Source of the DNA: Candidatus Latescibacterota bacterium
GTDB lineage: Bacteria; Latescibacterota; UBA2968; UBA8231
DNA: 64,000 bases
Assembly (NCBI GenBank): GCA_965248355.1
Contig: OZ252098.1
Coordinates: 4,096,001 to 4,160,000 of the forward strand
Direction of reading: 5' to 3'
The notes under the pieces are model-generated. The model made no database searches and was not told the origin of the DNA. It saw only the letters and a list, made by a program, of their open reading frames with translations. How positions within the stretch are numbered: position 1 is the first letter of the stretch; every line of letters starts with the position of its first letter. Both the position numbers and the translations under genes were made by a program. Of the stretch, positions 53,133 through 63,559 are shown in pieces.

Positions 53133-54179
53133 ATGGCCAAGAGCCTGGCAGCGGATGGTGAGCGCGAGCAGGCCTTGCACCTGGCCATTTCCCAGATCGA
53201 GAAGCAGCACGGCAAGGGCGCCATCATGCGCATGGGGGAGGAGGGCGGCATCGTCGAAGTCGACGCCATTCCCTCGGGTTCCCTGGCCATCGACGCGGCC
53301 CTGGGCATCGGCGGCTTCCCGAGGGGGCGGATCGTCGAGATCTACGGGCCGGAAGGGGCGGGCAAGACCATGGTAGCTCTGCATGTCATCCGCGAGGCCC
53401 AGCGGGCCGGGGGCACGGCGGCCTTCATCGATGCCGAGCACGCCCTCGACGTCGGTTTTGCGCGCCGCATCGGCGTGGACGTGGAGAACCTGGTCATCTC
53501 CCAGCCCGACTCCGGCGAGCAGGCCCTGGAGATCGTCGACACCCTGGTGCGCTCAGGCGCCCTCGACGTCATCGTCCTAGACTCCGTGGCCGCCCTGGTT
53601 CCCCAGGCCGAGCTCGAGGGAGAGATGGGCGACTCCCACATGGGACTGCACGCCCGCCTCATGTCGCAGGCTCTGCGCAAGCTCACCGGCAGCATCAGCC
53701 GGTCGCGCACGTGCGCCATCTTCATCAACCAGCTGCGCATGAAGATCGGGGTGATGTTCGGCAATCCCGAGACGACCACCGGAGGCCGGGCCATGGGGTT
53801 CTACGCGTCGGTCCGCGTCGACATCCGCCGCATGGGACACATCAAGGACGGCGACAGGACCATCGGCAGCCGGGCGCGGATCAAGGTGGTGAAGAACAAG
53901 CTGGCGCCTCCGTACCGGCAGGCCGAGTTCGACATCTACTACGTCGGCGACCAGATCGGTGTGTCGAGGGAGGCCGATCTGCTGGACATAGGACTCGAGC
54001 AAGGTCTGGTGGACAAGGCCGGCACCTGGTTCTCCTGCGACGGCGAGCGCCTCGGTCAGGGCCGGGAGCGCGCCCGTGCCTTCCTGGCCGCGAACCCGGA
54101 GGTGGCGGAGGGACTCGAGTCGCGCCTGCGGGCCAAGCTCGGCATGGAGCCGCCGCCGGCCCCGCCCAAGCCGGAGTGA
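53133..54179 (+). CDS. recA: recombinase RecA
   Basis: [67 protein letters not shown]. Confidence 0.98.
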   Translation: MAKSLAADGEREQALHLAISQIEKQHGKGAIMRMGEEGGIVEVDAIPSGSLAIDAALGIGGFPRGRIVEIYGPEGAGKTMVALHVIREAQRAGGTAAFIDAEHALDVGFARRIGVDVENLVISQPDSGEQALEIVDTLVRSGALDVIVLDSVAALVPQAELEGEMGDSHMGLHARLMSQALRKLTGSISRSRTCAIFINQLRMKIGVMFGNPETTTGGRAMGFYASVRVDIRRMGHIKDGDRTIGSRARIKVVKNKLAPPYRQAEFDIYYVGDQIGVSREADLLDIGLEQGLVDKAGTWFSCDGERLGQGRERARAFLAANPEVAEGLESRLRAKLGMEPPPAPPKPE

Positions 54180-54182
54180 GCC

Positions 54183-54686
54183 GTGGCGTCCGAGGTCGAA
54201 GAGCGCGAGAGCGCCCGGCGGATCGCCCTCGACCTGCTCGAGGTGCGCGACCGCACGGTGAAGGAGATCCGCGAGAGGCTGCACCGCCGCGGCTGCTCGC
54301 CGGAGGCCATTGACAAGGCAGTGGTTGATCTGGAGGCTATGCGCCTGCTCGACGATCGCGCCTTCGCCCGGCGGTGGGTCGAGGGCCGGAGGTCCCGCCG
54401 GCCCGAAGGGGCTCCGAAGATCAGCCGCGATCTGGCCAGGCGGGGGATCGACCCGGCCGTGATCGGCGAGGTGCTGGCGGAGTACGGTGACGATCTCGGG
54501 TCCGGGGCGGAGGCCCTGTCCTTGCTGCGTCGGCTGCAAGCCCGCTACCGGGGACTCGACCGGGACACCGCCCGCAGACGCATGTACGGGCTGCTGGGGC
54601 GTCGCGGATTCGAGCCCGACACGGTCCGGGAGGCCGTGGAGCGGGCCTGGTCCGAAATCGAAAGCGCGCAAGAGAAGAAGAGATGA
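54183..54686 (+). CDS. recX: regulatory protein RecX
   Basis: ALDLL..RDRT.KEIRERL, LLDDRAFA, DLARRGI, LGRRGF; follows recA. Confidence 0.9.
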   Translation: MASEVEERESARRIALDLLEVRDRTVKEIRERLHRRGCSPEAIDKAVVDLEAMRLLDDRAFARRWVEGRRSRRPEGAPKISRDLARRGIDPAVIGEVLAEYGDDLGSGAEALSLLRRLQARYRGLDRDTARRRMYGLLGRRGFEPDTVREAVERAWSEIESAQEKKR

Positions 54687-57298
54687 AGTCCCACGAGATC
54701 CGCGAGACCTTCCTCTCCTTCTTCGAGAACAGGGGCCACGCCCGCGTGCCGAGCGCGCCCGTGGTCCCGGCCGACGATCCCACCCTGTACTTCACCAACG
54801 CCGGCATGAACCAGTTCAAGGACGTCTTCCTCGGGCTGGGCCGCAGGCCGTACACGCGGGCCGTGGACACGCAGAAGTGCATCCGCGTCTCCGGCAAGCA
54901 CAACGACCTGGAGGAGGTGGGGATCAGCCCCTGGCATCACACCTTCTTCGAGATGCTCGGCAACTGGTCCTTCGGCGACTACTTCAAGGAAGAGGCCATC
55001 CGCTGGGCCTGGGAGCTGGTGACCGGGCCGTTCGGTCTGCCCAGGGAGCGTATCTGGGCGACCGTGTTCGAGGGCGGCGAAGGCGTCCCCGCCGACGAGG
55101 AGGCCGAGTCCCTGTGGGGCGAGGCGACCGGCCTGCTCCCGGGCCGCGTCCTGCGGCTGCCGGCCAAGGAGAACTTCTGGGAGATGGGCGCCACCGGCCC
55201 CTGCGGCCCCTGCTCCGAGATCCACTACTACCTCGGGGACGATCTCTCCCGCCAGAGCGCCGACTTGCTGCTGCAGGACGGTCCCGAGTTCGTCGAGATC
55301 TGGAACCTGGTCTTCATCCAGTTCAACCGGGACGAGTCAGGGACCCTGCACCCGCTGCCGGCACGGCACGTCGACACCGGTATGGGTTTCGAGCGCATGT
55401 GCACCCTGCTCCAGGGCGCGGACAGCGCCTACGACACCGATCTCTTCCGGCCGCTGATCGAGGGCATCGCCGAGGTCACGGGCGCCGACCCGGGATCCGG
55501 GGCCGGACGGGTGCCGTCCCGGGTGATCGCCGACCACGTGCGCGCGCTCACCTTTGCCATCGCCGACGGCGTCCTGCCCTCCAACGACGGACGGGGATAC
55601 GTGCTGCGCCGCATCCTGCGGCGGGCGGCCCGGTTCGGCCGCCAGCTCGATCAGCACGAGCCGTTCCTGCACAAGGTGGTGCAGCCGCTGGTCGATTCGA
55701 TGGCTCACGTCTTCCCCGAGGCCAAGGAGAAGGCCGCCCACGCGGCCATGGTGATCCAGGCCGAGGAGCAGTCCTTCGGGCGCGCCCTCGACCGCGGGCT
55801 GGAGATCTTCGAGCGCATCAGCAGCAAGGGCGAGATCTCGGGCGCCGACGCCTTCCGCCTCTTCGACACCTACGGGTTCCCCCTCGATCTCACCGAACTG
55901 ATGGCGCGCGAGCGCGGCCTGCCGGTCGATACCGCCGGCTTCGAGGCCGAGCTCGAAGGCCAGCGGCAGCGGGCTCGGGCGGCGACGAAGGATCGCTTCG
56001 CTGCCTCCGAAGGAGTGGGTGACGTCGTCGAGGGCGAGCACTCCCGGTTCGTCGGCTACGACGAGCTGGAGATCGAGGCGCGGGTGATGGACGCGGAGAT
56101 CGTCGACGGCCTGGTGCGGGTGGTGCTCGACCGCACCCCGTTCTACGCCGAGTCCGGCGGGCAGGTCGGTGACCGCGGGATCCTGGCGGCGGACGGCCTG
56201 AAGATCGGCGTGGAGAGGACGCTGAAGGGGCGGGGAGGCATCGTCCACGAGGGCCGGCTGGTCACGGGTGACCCGCCCGGCCCGGGGCAGGTCGTACGCG
56301 CCTCGGTCGACCGGGAGGCCCGCGAGGCCGCGGCCCGCAACCACACCGCCACGCATCTGCTCAACGAAGCCCTGCGCCGGGTCCTGGGGGATCACGTGGC
56401 GCAGATGGGCTCTCTCGTGGCGCCGGATCGCCTGCGCTTCGACTTCTCGCACTTTCATGCCATGGACTCCGGGGAGCTGGAGGAGGCGGGACAGCTCGTC
56501 AACGGGTGGATCCGCGAGGATCTGGAGGTGTCCACCTTCGAGGAGGACCTCCTGCGCGCCAGGCGGATGGGGGCCCAGGCGCTGTTCGGCGAGAAGTACG
56601 AAGACCGGGTGCGGGTCGTGAAGATCGGCGATTTCAGCCTCGAGCTGTGCGGTGGGACCCACGTCACCCACACCGGACAGATCGGCCTGTTCGACCTGAT
56701 CGCCGAGAGCGGCATCGCCGCCGGCACGCGCCGGGTCGAAGCCCTCACCGGCAGCGGCGCCGAGGCGGCCGCCCGCCGGCACCGGGCCCTGCTCGGAGAG
56801 ATCGGCCGCCTGCTGAACGCCGGCGACGAGCCGCTGCCCGACCAGGTGCGCCGCCTCCAGGAGCGCAACCGCGACCTGGAGAAGGCCATCGCCGAGGTCC
56901 GCCGTCAGGCCGCCGGGGAGAGTGCCGGGGCCCTGGCCGCAAGGGCCGTCGAGGTGGACGGCGTGAGTGTCGCCGCCTGCCGGGTCGAAGCCGAGGACGT
57001 GCCCGCCCTGCGGAATCTCGCCGACGGCCTTCGCGACAACCTGGGCTCCGGGGTCGGCGTGCTCGGCGGCGAGGTGAGGGGCCGGGTCTCCTTCATCGTG
57101 GTCGTCACCGACGACCTGATCCAGGCGCGCGGGCTGAAGGCCGGGGAGATCGTCAAGCAGGTCGCCCGGATCGCGGGTGGATCGGGCGGGGGCCGGCCCC
57201 ACATGGCGCAGGCCGGCGGCCGGGATGCCTCCAGGATCGACGAGGCCATCGCCGCCGCCCCCGATATCGTGCGCCGGAGCCTGGAGGACGGACGCTAG
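54683..57298 (+). CDS. alaS: alanine--tRNA ligase
   Basis: DPTLYFTNAGMNQFK, HHTFFEMLGNWSFGDYFK, GPCGPCSEI, DTGMGFER, HTATHLL, ELCGGTH, GGGRPHMAQAGG. Confidence 0.98.
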   Translation: MKSHEIRETFLSFFENRGHARVPSAPVVPADDPTLYFTNAGMNQFKDVFLGLGRRPYTRAVDTQKCIRVSGKHNDLEEVGISPWHHTFFEMLGNWSFGDYFKEEAIRWAWELVTGPFGLPRERIWATVFEGGEGVPADEEAESLWGEATGLLPGRVLRLPAKENFWEMGATGPCGPCSEIHYYLGDDLSRQSADLLLQDGPEFVEIWNLVFIQFNRDESGTLHPLPARHVDTGMGFERMCTLLQGADSAYDTDLFRPLIEGIAEVTGADPGSGAGRVPSRVIADHVRALTFAIADGVLPSNDGRGYVLRRILRRAARFGRQLDQHEPFLHKVVQPLVDSMAHVFPEAKEKAAHAAMVIQAEEQSFGRALDRGLEIFERISSKGEISGADAFRLFDTYGFPLDLTELMARERGLPVDTAGFEAELEGQRQRARAATKDRFAASEGVGDVVEGEHSRFVGYDELEIEARVMDAEIVDGLVRVVLDRTPFYAESGGQVGDRGILAADGLKIGVERTLKGRGGIVHEGRLVTGDPPGPGQVVRASVDREAREAAARNHTATHLLNEALRRVLGDHVAQMGSLVAPDRLRFDFSHFHAMDSGELEEAGQLVNGWIREDLEVSTFEEDLLRARRMGAQALFGEKYEDRVRVVKIGDFSLELCGGTHVTHTGQIGLFDLIAESGIAAGTRRVEALTGSGAEAAARRHRALLGEIGRLLNAGDEPLPDQVRRLQERNRDLEKAIAEVRRQAAGESAGALAARAVEVDGVSVAACRVEAEDVPALRNLADGLRDNLGSGVGVLGGEVRGRVSFIVVVTDDLIQARGLKAGEIVKQVARIAGGSGGGRPHMAQAGGRDASRIDEAIAAAPDIVRRSLEDGR

Positions 57299-57344
57299 CC
57301 CGGGGCCGAGGTCCGGCGTGGGCGGCGCACCCCCAACGGTGACG

Positions 57345-58094
57345 ATGAAGAGCACTCTCGAACAGCTCCTCGAAGCACGGGCCCGTCGCGGCGCGGGCTA
57401 CCTCACCCTCCTCGACCCCGACCGCCTGCCGCTGGAGGTGCTCGAGAGGCGCGCCGCGGTCTGCGCCGAGGCCGGCGCCGACGCGATCCTCGTGGGCACG
57501 AGTCTCATGCTCTCGACCACGCGCAACGCCGACCTCTTCGACCGGCTGCGCACGGTCGTGCAGATCCCCGTCCTCTCCTTCCCGGGCGACGCCGGTCAGG
57601 TGGTGCGCACGGCCGACGCGATCCTGTTCCTGTGCATGGTGAGCGGGCGCAACCCCGAGCTGCTGATCGGGCAACAGGTCCGGGCCGCACCCCTGCTGAA
57701 GGAGTACTGCATGGAGGTCATCGCCACCGCCTACATGCTGGTCGAGTCGGGCACCCTCACCTCCACCGAGTTCATGAGCTCCACGCGGCCCATACCCAGG
57801 GACAAGGACGACATCGCCATGGCCCACGCCCTGGCCGCCCAGTACCTGGGCATGAAGCTCGTCTACCTCGAGACCGGATCCGGCGCCCGCGATTCCGTGC
57901 CCACGCCCATGGTGCGGGCCGTGTCCCGATACGTCGATCTGCCGGTGATCGTGGGCGGCGGCATCCGCGACCCGCAGACGGCCCGCGACAAGGTCGAGGG
58001 AGGGGCCTCCTTCGTGGTCACCGGCACGGCGGTGGAGGACGATCCGGGGCGGCTGCGGGAGCTGAGCGCCGCGGTCCACATCACCGAGGGCTGA
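57345..58094 (+). CDS. geranylgeranylglyceryl/heptaprenylglyceryl phosphate synthase, group II type
   Basis: LLDPD, ILVGTS, FPG....ADAILF..VSGRNPELLIG, YMLVESG, AAQYLGMKLVYLETGSGA, VGGGIR, VVTGT. Confidence 0.9.
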   Translation: MKSTLEQLLEARARRGAGYLTLLDPDRLPLEVLERRAAVCAEAGADAILVGTSLMLSTTRNADLFDRLRTVVQIPVLSFPGDAGQVVRTADAILFLCMVSGRNPELLIGQQVRAAPLLKEYCMEVIATAYMLVESGTLTSTEFMSSTRPIPRDKDDIAMAHALAAQYLGMKLVYLETGSGARDSVPTPMVRAVSRYVDLPVIVGGGIRDPQTARDKVEGGASFVVTGTAVEDDPGRLRELSAAVHITEG

Positions 58095-58129
58095 AGGACC
58101 TGCGGCGGTCTCGCCCCCACGGGAAGCGC

Positions 58130-58399
58130 ATGTTTCGGAAGAGCGTGATAGTCGTCAACAAGCTGGGCATCCACGCCCGCCCCGCCACTCTGCTCGTCCA
58201 GGCGGCTTCCCGGTACGAGGCCGATGTATTCCTGAGCAAGGGCGACGTGACCCGCATCAACGGCAAGAGCATCATGGGGGTGATGATGCTCGCCGCGGAG
58301 CGCGGCTCCGAGGTGGTGGTCGAGGCCGAGGGGCGCGATTCCGAGGCCGCCGTGGAGGCGGTGACCGGCCTCCTCGGCGGGGACTTCGAGAACACGTGA
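58130..58399 (+). CDS. ptsH: phosphocarrier protein HPr
   Basis: NKLGIHARPA (His15), NGKSIMG (Ser46). Confidence 0.96.
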   Translation: MFRKSVIVVNKLGIHARPATLLVQAASRYEADVFLSKGDVTRINGKSIMGVMMLAAERGSEVVVEAEGRDSEAAVEAVTGLLGGDFENT

Positions 58400-58409
58400 G
58401 GGACCGGCC

Positions 58410-60200
58410 GTGATCCAATCCGCCAGGCGGGGGGCCTACCAGAGGATCGATGGCATCCCGGCCTCTCCCGGGATCGCCATCGGCAAGGCCTTCACCCATC
58501 GGGTGGAGCGTCCAGCCGCCAGCTCTCCGAGGAAGGTCCCCGCCCACCGCGTGGAGGCCGAGGTGGGACGCTTCCGCGCGGCCCTCGAGGCGGTCGCCGA
58601 GGACGTTCGGCGCACCCGGCAGCGCGTCGAGCACGAGCACGGCTCCGACCTGGCCCTGATCTTCGACGCCCAGCTGATCATGCTCGAGGACGTCCAGGTG
58701 CGGGACGCGACCATCGAGCGCATCCGCGCCTCCAACCGCTCGGCCGAGGCGGCTTTCTTCGACACCATGAGCGCCCTGCGGCTCGAGTTCGAGAAGATCG
58801 ACAACGAGTATCTGCGGGCCCGCGTGGGGGATCTGAAGGACATCGAGCAGCAGGTCCTCGTGCACCTGGCCGGCGGCGGCCTGTCCGGCCTGCAGACGCT
58901 GCGTTCCAACACCGTGATCGTGGCTCGGGACCTGCTGCCCTCCGAGGCCGCCCAACTCGCCCGGCGGCTGGTCATGGGGCTGGTCACCGACGTGGGAGGG
59001 GCCACCTCCCACACCAGCATCATCGCCCGGTCCCTCGGCCTGCCCACGGTGGTCGGAACCGGAGACGCCTCGTGGACGGTGCGCGCCGGGGACCTGCTGG
59101 TCGTCGACGGGGATGAGGGCACCGTTCATGTGCGTCCCGACGCGCCGACCCTGCGCCACTTCCGGACCCGGCGCCGGCGGCAGCTGCGCCGCGAGCGGGA
59201 GCTGAGCCGGCGCGCCGACCTGCCCACCGTGACCCGCGACGGCGAGGAGGTGGTCCTGCTGGCCAACCTCGACCTGCCCCAGGAGATCGACCTGGCGGTG
59301 CGCAACGGGGCCAGGGGCGTGGGCATGTTCCGCACCGAGTTCCTCTATCTCGGGTACGGACTGCCGTCGGAGGCCGACCAGCTCGACTGCTACGCCAGGA
59401 TCGTCAAGGCCATGGCCCCCGAGCCGGTGGTCATCCGCACCATGGACCTGGGGGGGGACAAGCTCATCCACGCCGTCGACTCCCCGCCGGAGGCCAACCC
59501 CTTCCTCGGGTGGCGAGGCATCCGCATCTGTCTCGACAATCCCGACTTGTTCAAGACCCAGTTGCGGGCCATTCTGAGGTCCGCCGTTCACGGTGAGGCG
59601 CACATCCTGCTGCCGATGATCAGCGGTCTGGACGAGGTCCGCCAGGCCCGGGAGATGATCGCCGAGACCGCGGCCGAGCTCGGGCGGGAGGGCGTCGACC
59701 ACAGTCCGGAGTGCAAGGTGGGGGTGATGATCGAGGTCCCGTCGGCGGCGATCACCGCCGAGCAGCTGGCCAGGGAGGTCGACTTCTTCAGCCTGGGTAC
59801 CAACGACCTGGTCCAGTACACTCTCGCCGTCGACCGGGGCACGGCGCGCGTGGCCGGGCTCTACCAGCCCCTGCATCCCGCCGTCCTGCGCCTGATCCAG
59901 CGGGTCACCGAGGCCTCCCACGGGGCGGGGATTCCGACGAGCATCTGCGGCGAAATGGTCGCGGATCCAGTGGCCGCCCTGTTGCTCATGGGCCTCGGAG
60001 TGCGCCAGTTGAGCGTGAGCCCCCCGCAGATCCCGGAGGTCAGGGAGCTTCTGAGGGTCACGGAGATCGGGCAGACCGCGGCGCTGGCGCGGCAGTGCCT
60101 GACCCTGACATCGGCCCGGGAGGTCCGCGAATGCGTGGAGGCCGAGATGGCCGAGGTGCTGGCCGAGGCCCGCCCTCCGGACGACGGAGAGGGAGGGTGA
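58410..60200 (+). CDS. ptsI: PTS enzyme I
   Basis: [73 protein letters not shown]. Confidence 0.96.
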   Translation: MIQSARRGAYQRIDGIPASPGIAIGKAFTHRVERPAASSPRKVPAHRVEAEVGRFRAALEAVAEDVRRTRQRVEHEHGSDLALIFDAQLIMLEDVQVRDATIERIRASNRSAEAAFFDTMSALRLEFEKIDNEYLRARVGDLKDIEQQVLVHLAGGGLSGLQTLRSNTVIVARDLLPSEAAQLARRLVMGLVTDVGGATSHTSIIARSLGLPTVVGTGDASWTVRAGDLLVVDGDEGTVHVRPDAPTLRHFRTRRRRQLRRERELSRRADLPTVTRDGEEVVLLANLDLPQEIDLAVRNGARGVGMFRTEFLYLGYGLPSEADQLDCYARIVKAMAPEPVVIRTMDLGGDKLIHAVDSPPEANPFLGWRGIRICLDNPDLFKTQLRAILRSAVHGEAHILLPMISGLDEVRQAREMIAETAAELGREGVDHSPECKVGVMIEVPSAAITAEQLAREVDFFSLGTNDLVQYTLAVDRGTARVAGLYQPLHPAVLRLIQRVTEASHGAGIPTSICGEMVADPVAALLLMGLGVRQLSVSPPQIPEVRELLRVTEIGQTAALARQCLTLTSAREVRECVEAEMAEVLAEARPPDDGEGG

Positions 60201-60234
60201 CCGTGCATGGACCCCAGACGAGGAGAGGGATGAA

Positions 60235-61395
60235 GTGAGTCACCTGTTCACCTCCGAGTCGGTCTCCGAGGGACATCCCGACAAGGTGGCCGATCAGATC
60301 TCGGATGCCGTTCTCGACGCCATGCTCGCCGGGGACCCGCAGTCTCGCGTCGCCTGCGAGACCCTGGTCACCACCGGGCTCGTGGTCGTGGCCGGGGAAA
60401 TCACCTCCAGGGCGCAACCCGACATCCAGGCCACGGTTCGCCAGGTCATCGCGGATGTGGGCTACACCGATCCCGAGCACGGATTCGATCACCGGTCCTG
60501 CGGAGTCGTGGTCGCCCTCGACAAGCAGTCTCCCGACATCTCCCAGGGAGTGACCGAGTCGGAAGGCCTGCACCAGGAGATGGGGGCCGGGGATCAGGGC
60601 ATGATGTTCGGCTACGCCTGCCGCGAGACGCCGGAGCTGATGCCGCTGCCGATCACCCTTTCCCACGAGATCCTGCGGCATCTGAGCCGGCTCCGGAAGG
60701 AAGGAGCCGTCGGCTACCTGCGGCCCGATGCCAAGTCGCAGGTCACGGTCGAGTACGAAGGCATCGAGGCCAGGCGGGTCACCACCGTCGTCCTGTCGAC
60801 GCAGCACGATCCGGATGTGGGACACTCCCGCATCGAGAGCGACATGATCGCCGAGATCAGGAAGGTGATACCCGAAGAGCTGCTCAGCCCCGAGACGGTC
60901 TACCACGTCAACCCCACGGGCCGCTTCGTCGTCGGCGGCCCCCATGGCGACTGCGGCCTGACGGGGCGCAAGATCATCGTCGACACCTACGGAGGGGCCT
61001 GTCCCCACGGCGGCGGGGCGTTCTCGGGCAAGGACCCGACGAAGGTGGACCGCAGCGCCCACTACATGGCCCGCTACGTGGCCAAGAACCTGGTCGCCGC
61101 GGGGCTGGCGGAACGCTGTCAGATCCAGCTGGCCTACGCCATCGGGGTCGCCCGGCCGGTGTCGATCCTGGTGAACACCTTCGGCACCGGCGGACTGCTG
61201 AAGGACGAGGAGATCGAGGCCGTGATCTCCGAGGTCTTCGACCTGACTCCTCGGGGCATCATCGAGCACCTGGAGCTGCGTCGTCCCATCTACCGCAAGA
61301 CCTCCAACTACGGCCACTTCGGCCGCCGGGACGACGACTTCACCTGGGAGAGGACCGACAAGGTTCCCGACCTGAAGAGGGCCGCCGGAGTCTGA
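60235..61395 (+). CDS. metK: S-adenosylmethionine synthetase
   Basis: [57 protein letters not shown]. Confidence 0.98.
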   Translation: MSHLFTSESVSEGHPDKVADQISDAVLDAMLAGDPQSRVACETLVTTGLVVVAGEITSRAQPDIQATVRQVIADVGYTDPEHGFDHRSCGVVVALDKQSPDISQGVTESEGLHQEMGAGDQGMMFGYACRETPELMPLPITLSHEILRHLSRLRKEGAVGYLRPDAKSQVTVEYEGIEARRVTTVVLSTQHDPDVGHSRIESDMIAEIRKVIPEELLSPETVYHVNPTGRFVVGGPHGDCGLTGRKIIVDTYGGACPHGGGAFSGKDPTKVDRSAHYMARYVAKNLVAAGLAERCQIQLAYAIGVARPVSILVNTFGTGGLLKDEEIEAVISEVFDLTPRGIIEHLELRRPIYRKTSNYGHFGRRDDDFTWERTDKVPDLKRAAGV

Positions 61396-61411
61396 GCGGC
61401 GCTTCCCGGCG

Positions 61412-63559
61412 ATGACCACGCGCGGCCAGAAGTTCCCCCGGGCGACTCCGCGGGGGATCCCCGGACCCGGCGGGGGGCCGCACCCGGTGTCCGCCGTCCT
61501 CGCCGCGGTCCTGCTCGCCGCCGGATGCGCGGTGGAGAAGCCGCAGGTTCCGAGATCGGCCATCGTCCTCCGCGTTCCCGTGGCCAACGACACGACGGCC
61601 CTCTCCCAGATCGTCGAGGCGGAGTCGGACTACCTCGCCATCCGCGGGGACGGCGGCATCGTCCTGCGCTACAACCGCGAGTTCAGCGATGTCCAGGCCA
61701 GGACCGAGGTCGGCGACCACCTCTCGGTCACCCCCCGGGGCGCCCGCTTCGCCGCCCCGATGGGGGAGATCTCGATCCCCGCCCGGGAGATCGCCTTGCC
61801 GCCGCTCGCCGCCGGCGATCTGCTGCCCGAGGATCTCCTCGGCCGGGAGGTCCCGCTCCCGGAAGGGGCCTCCCTGTCCGGCATCGAGGTGGAGATGCCC
61901 CTGGCCGGTGTCGAGTCCCTCCAGCTGGCCTCGGGGAGTCTGACCCTGGAGATCGCCAACGGGCTGCCGCTGGACCTCGTGGACCTGGACTTCGCCCTGG
62001 TCGACAAGGGCCGCGGCGGCCGCATCGTGCAGACAGCCGGGATCGGCCGCGTCGACGCCGGCGCCAGCGGGTCGGCGGTCTTCGACCTGGGGGGTCAGCG
62101 GATCTCGGGAGAGCTTGCGCTTCTCCTGCGGGGCGCGGGCCTGGAGGCGGAGGCGGAGACCGTCACCCTGCGCTCCGACGACGCCATCGGGATCACCCTC
62201 CTCCTGGGCCGGCTCGGCGTGCAGGAGGCCACCGCCGTGGTCGAGCCGCAGGTCGTCGCACCCGCCGAGCCGGCCGTGCTGGAGTTTTCCGACGATCGCA
62301 TCCAGCTGACCCGGGCGGTGATCGAGAGCGGCCGTCTGACCCTGATCGTCGCCAACGAGCTGCCCGTGGCGATGGAGGTGACCCTGGAGCTGCCCGAGGT
62401 GATCGATGCGGCGACCGGCAGCCCGGCAACCCTGGTCATCGATAATCTGGAGAAGGGGATGCCCCAGGAGGTCGTGTTCCATCTGGACGGCCATGTCCTT
62501 CGGCCGCGGGACCCGCTCGCGATGCGTGTCGGGTACGAGGGCCGCACGCACCCGTCGGGGGAGGCGGTGACCATCCGCTCCGACGCGGGACTGCTCGTGG
62601 AGGTGGTTCCGGAGAAGCTTGCCTTCCGCGAGATCAGCGGCCGGCTCGATCGCCTTCCCTTGCCGAAGATCGATCCGCAGACCCGGCACGTGGACCTGCC
62701 CACGGGAGCCGACACGATCAACGCCGTGACCTTCGACTCGGCGGGCATGAACGTGACCTGGACCAGCGCCGTCGGGGTACCCGCGACCATGGCCCTTCGC
62801 ATCGTCGGGGCCGACTCGGCCATTCCCGACTCGGCCGGGCTCGAGCGCACCCTGGGTCTCGAGGTGGAGACGGAGCCCGGATCCCCGGACGACCCGGTGA
62901 CGCGCACGGTCGACATCGCTCCCGGCCGGCTTGCAGGCTTCCTCAACTTCCTGGCCACGGAGGTCACCGTGCACACCGACTCCGTGCTCATCGGCCGGGG
63001 AGGCGGGCGTGAGGACACCGCCATCGTCCGGTCCGATCACTGGGTCCGGCTCGACAACGTGGCCTTCGTGGCCCCGGCCCGCCTGAGGGCCGACACTTCC
63101 TACTTCGAGAGCAACCCGCGCTCACAGGGGGCCTTCACCGACGCCGAGGCCCGCCGCCGGATCAACGCCAACATCGAAGGGGCCCTGGTGACGACCACGA
63201 TCCTGAACAAGACGCCCCTGGCCATCGGCGTGCGCCTGTCCACCGCCTACGACCCCGGCCTCGTGTTCTCCGATCCGATCCTGACGCTTCCCAAGGAGGA
63301 GGGGGAGTACTTCAGCGTCGACCCGGACGCGCCGGCCATCCGGCAGGTCTCCCTGAGCGCCGATGACCTGCGCCTGCTGCTCGATATCGATCCGGACGAT
63401 CCGGGGCCGTCCGCCGCCGGCCAGGTGCGGACCCTGTACAGCGGCGTGAAGGTCCGTCTGGCGGTGCCGTCCCTGGACCAGATCTACGGCGACGACATCG
63501 TCGTCGTGCAGGCCCAGGCCGAGATCTTCATCGAGCTCAACGAATCCCTCCTCGAGTGA
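61412..63559 (+). CDS. large hypothetical lipoprotein with repeated beta-sandwich units
   Basis: Lipobox LLAAGC; repeated (S)G.L.L.(I/V).N.LP motif; start codon uncertain. Confidence 0.72.
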   Translation: MTTRGQKFPRATPRGIPGPGGGPHPVSAVLAAVLLAAGCAVEKPQVPRSAIVLRVPVANDTTALSQIVEAESDYLAIRGDGGIVLRYNREFSDVQARTEVGDHLSVTPRGARFAAPMGEISIPAREIALPPLAAGDLLPEDLLGREVPLPEGASLSGIEVEMPLAGVESLQLASGSLTLEIANGLPLDLVDLDFALVDKGRGGRIVQTAGIGRVDAGASGSAVFDLGGQRISGELALLLRGAGLEAEAETVTLRSDDAIGITLLLGRLGVQEATAVVEPQVVAPAEPAVLEFSDDRIQLTRAVIESGRLTLIVANELPVAMEVTLELPEVIDAATGSPATLVIDNLEKGMPQEVVFHLDGHVLRPRDPLAMRVGYEGRTHPSGEAVTIRSDAGLLVEVVPEKLAFREISGRLDRLPLPKIDPQTRHVDLPTGADTINAVTFDSAGMNVTWTSAVGVPATMALRIVGADSAIPDSAGLERTLGLEVETEPGSPDDPVTRTVDIAPGRLAGFLNFLATEVTVHTDSVLIGRGGGREDTAIVRSDHWVRLDNVAFVAPARLRADTSYFESNPRSQGAFTDAEARRRINANIEGALVTTTILNKTPLAIGVRLSTAYDPGLVFSDPILTLPKEEGEYFSVDPDAPAIRQVSLSADDLRLLLDIDPDDPGPSAAGQVRTLYSGVKVRLAVPSLDQIYGDDIVVVQAQAEIFIELNESLLE

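Noticed and set aside
60190..60240. Possible SAM riboswitch upstream of metK
   Set aside because: Only 34 nt separate ptsI and metK; no room and no motif.
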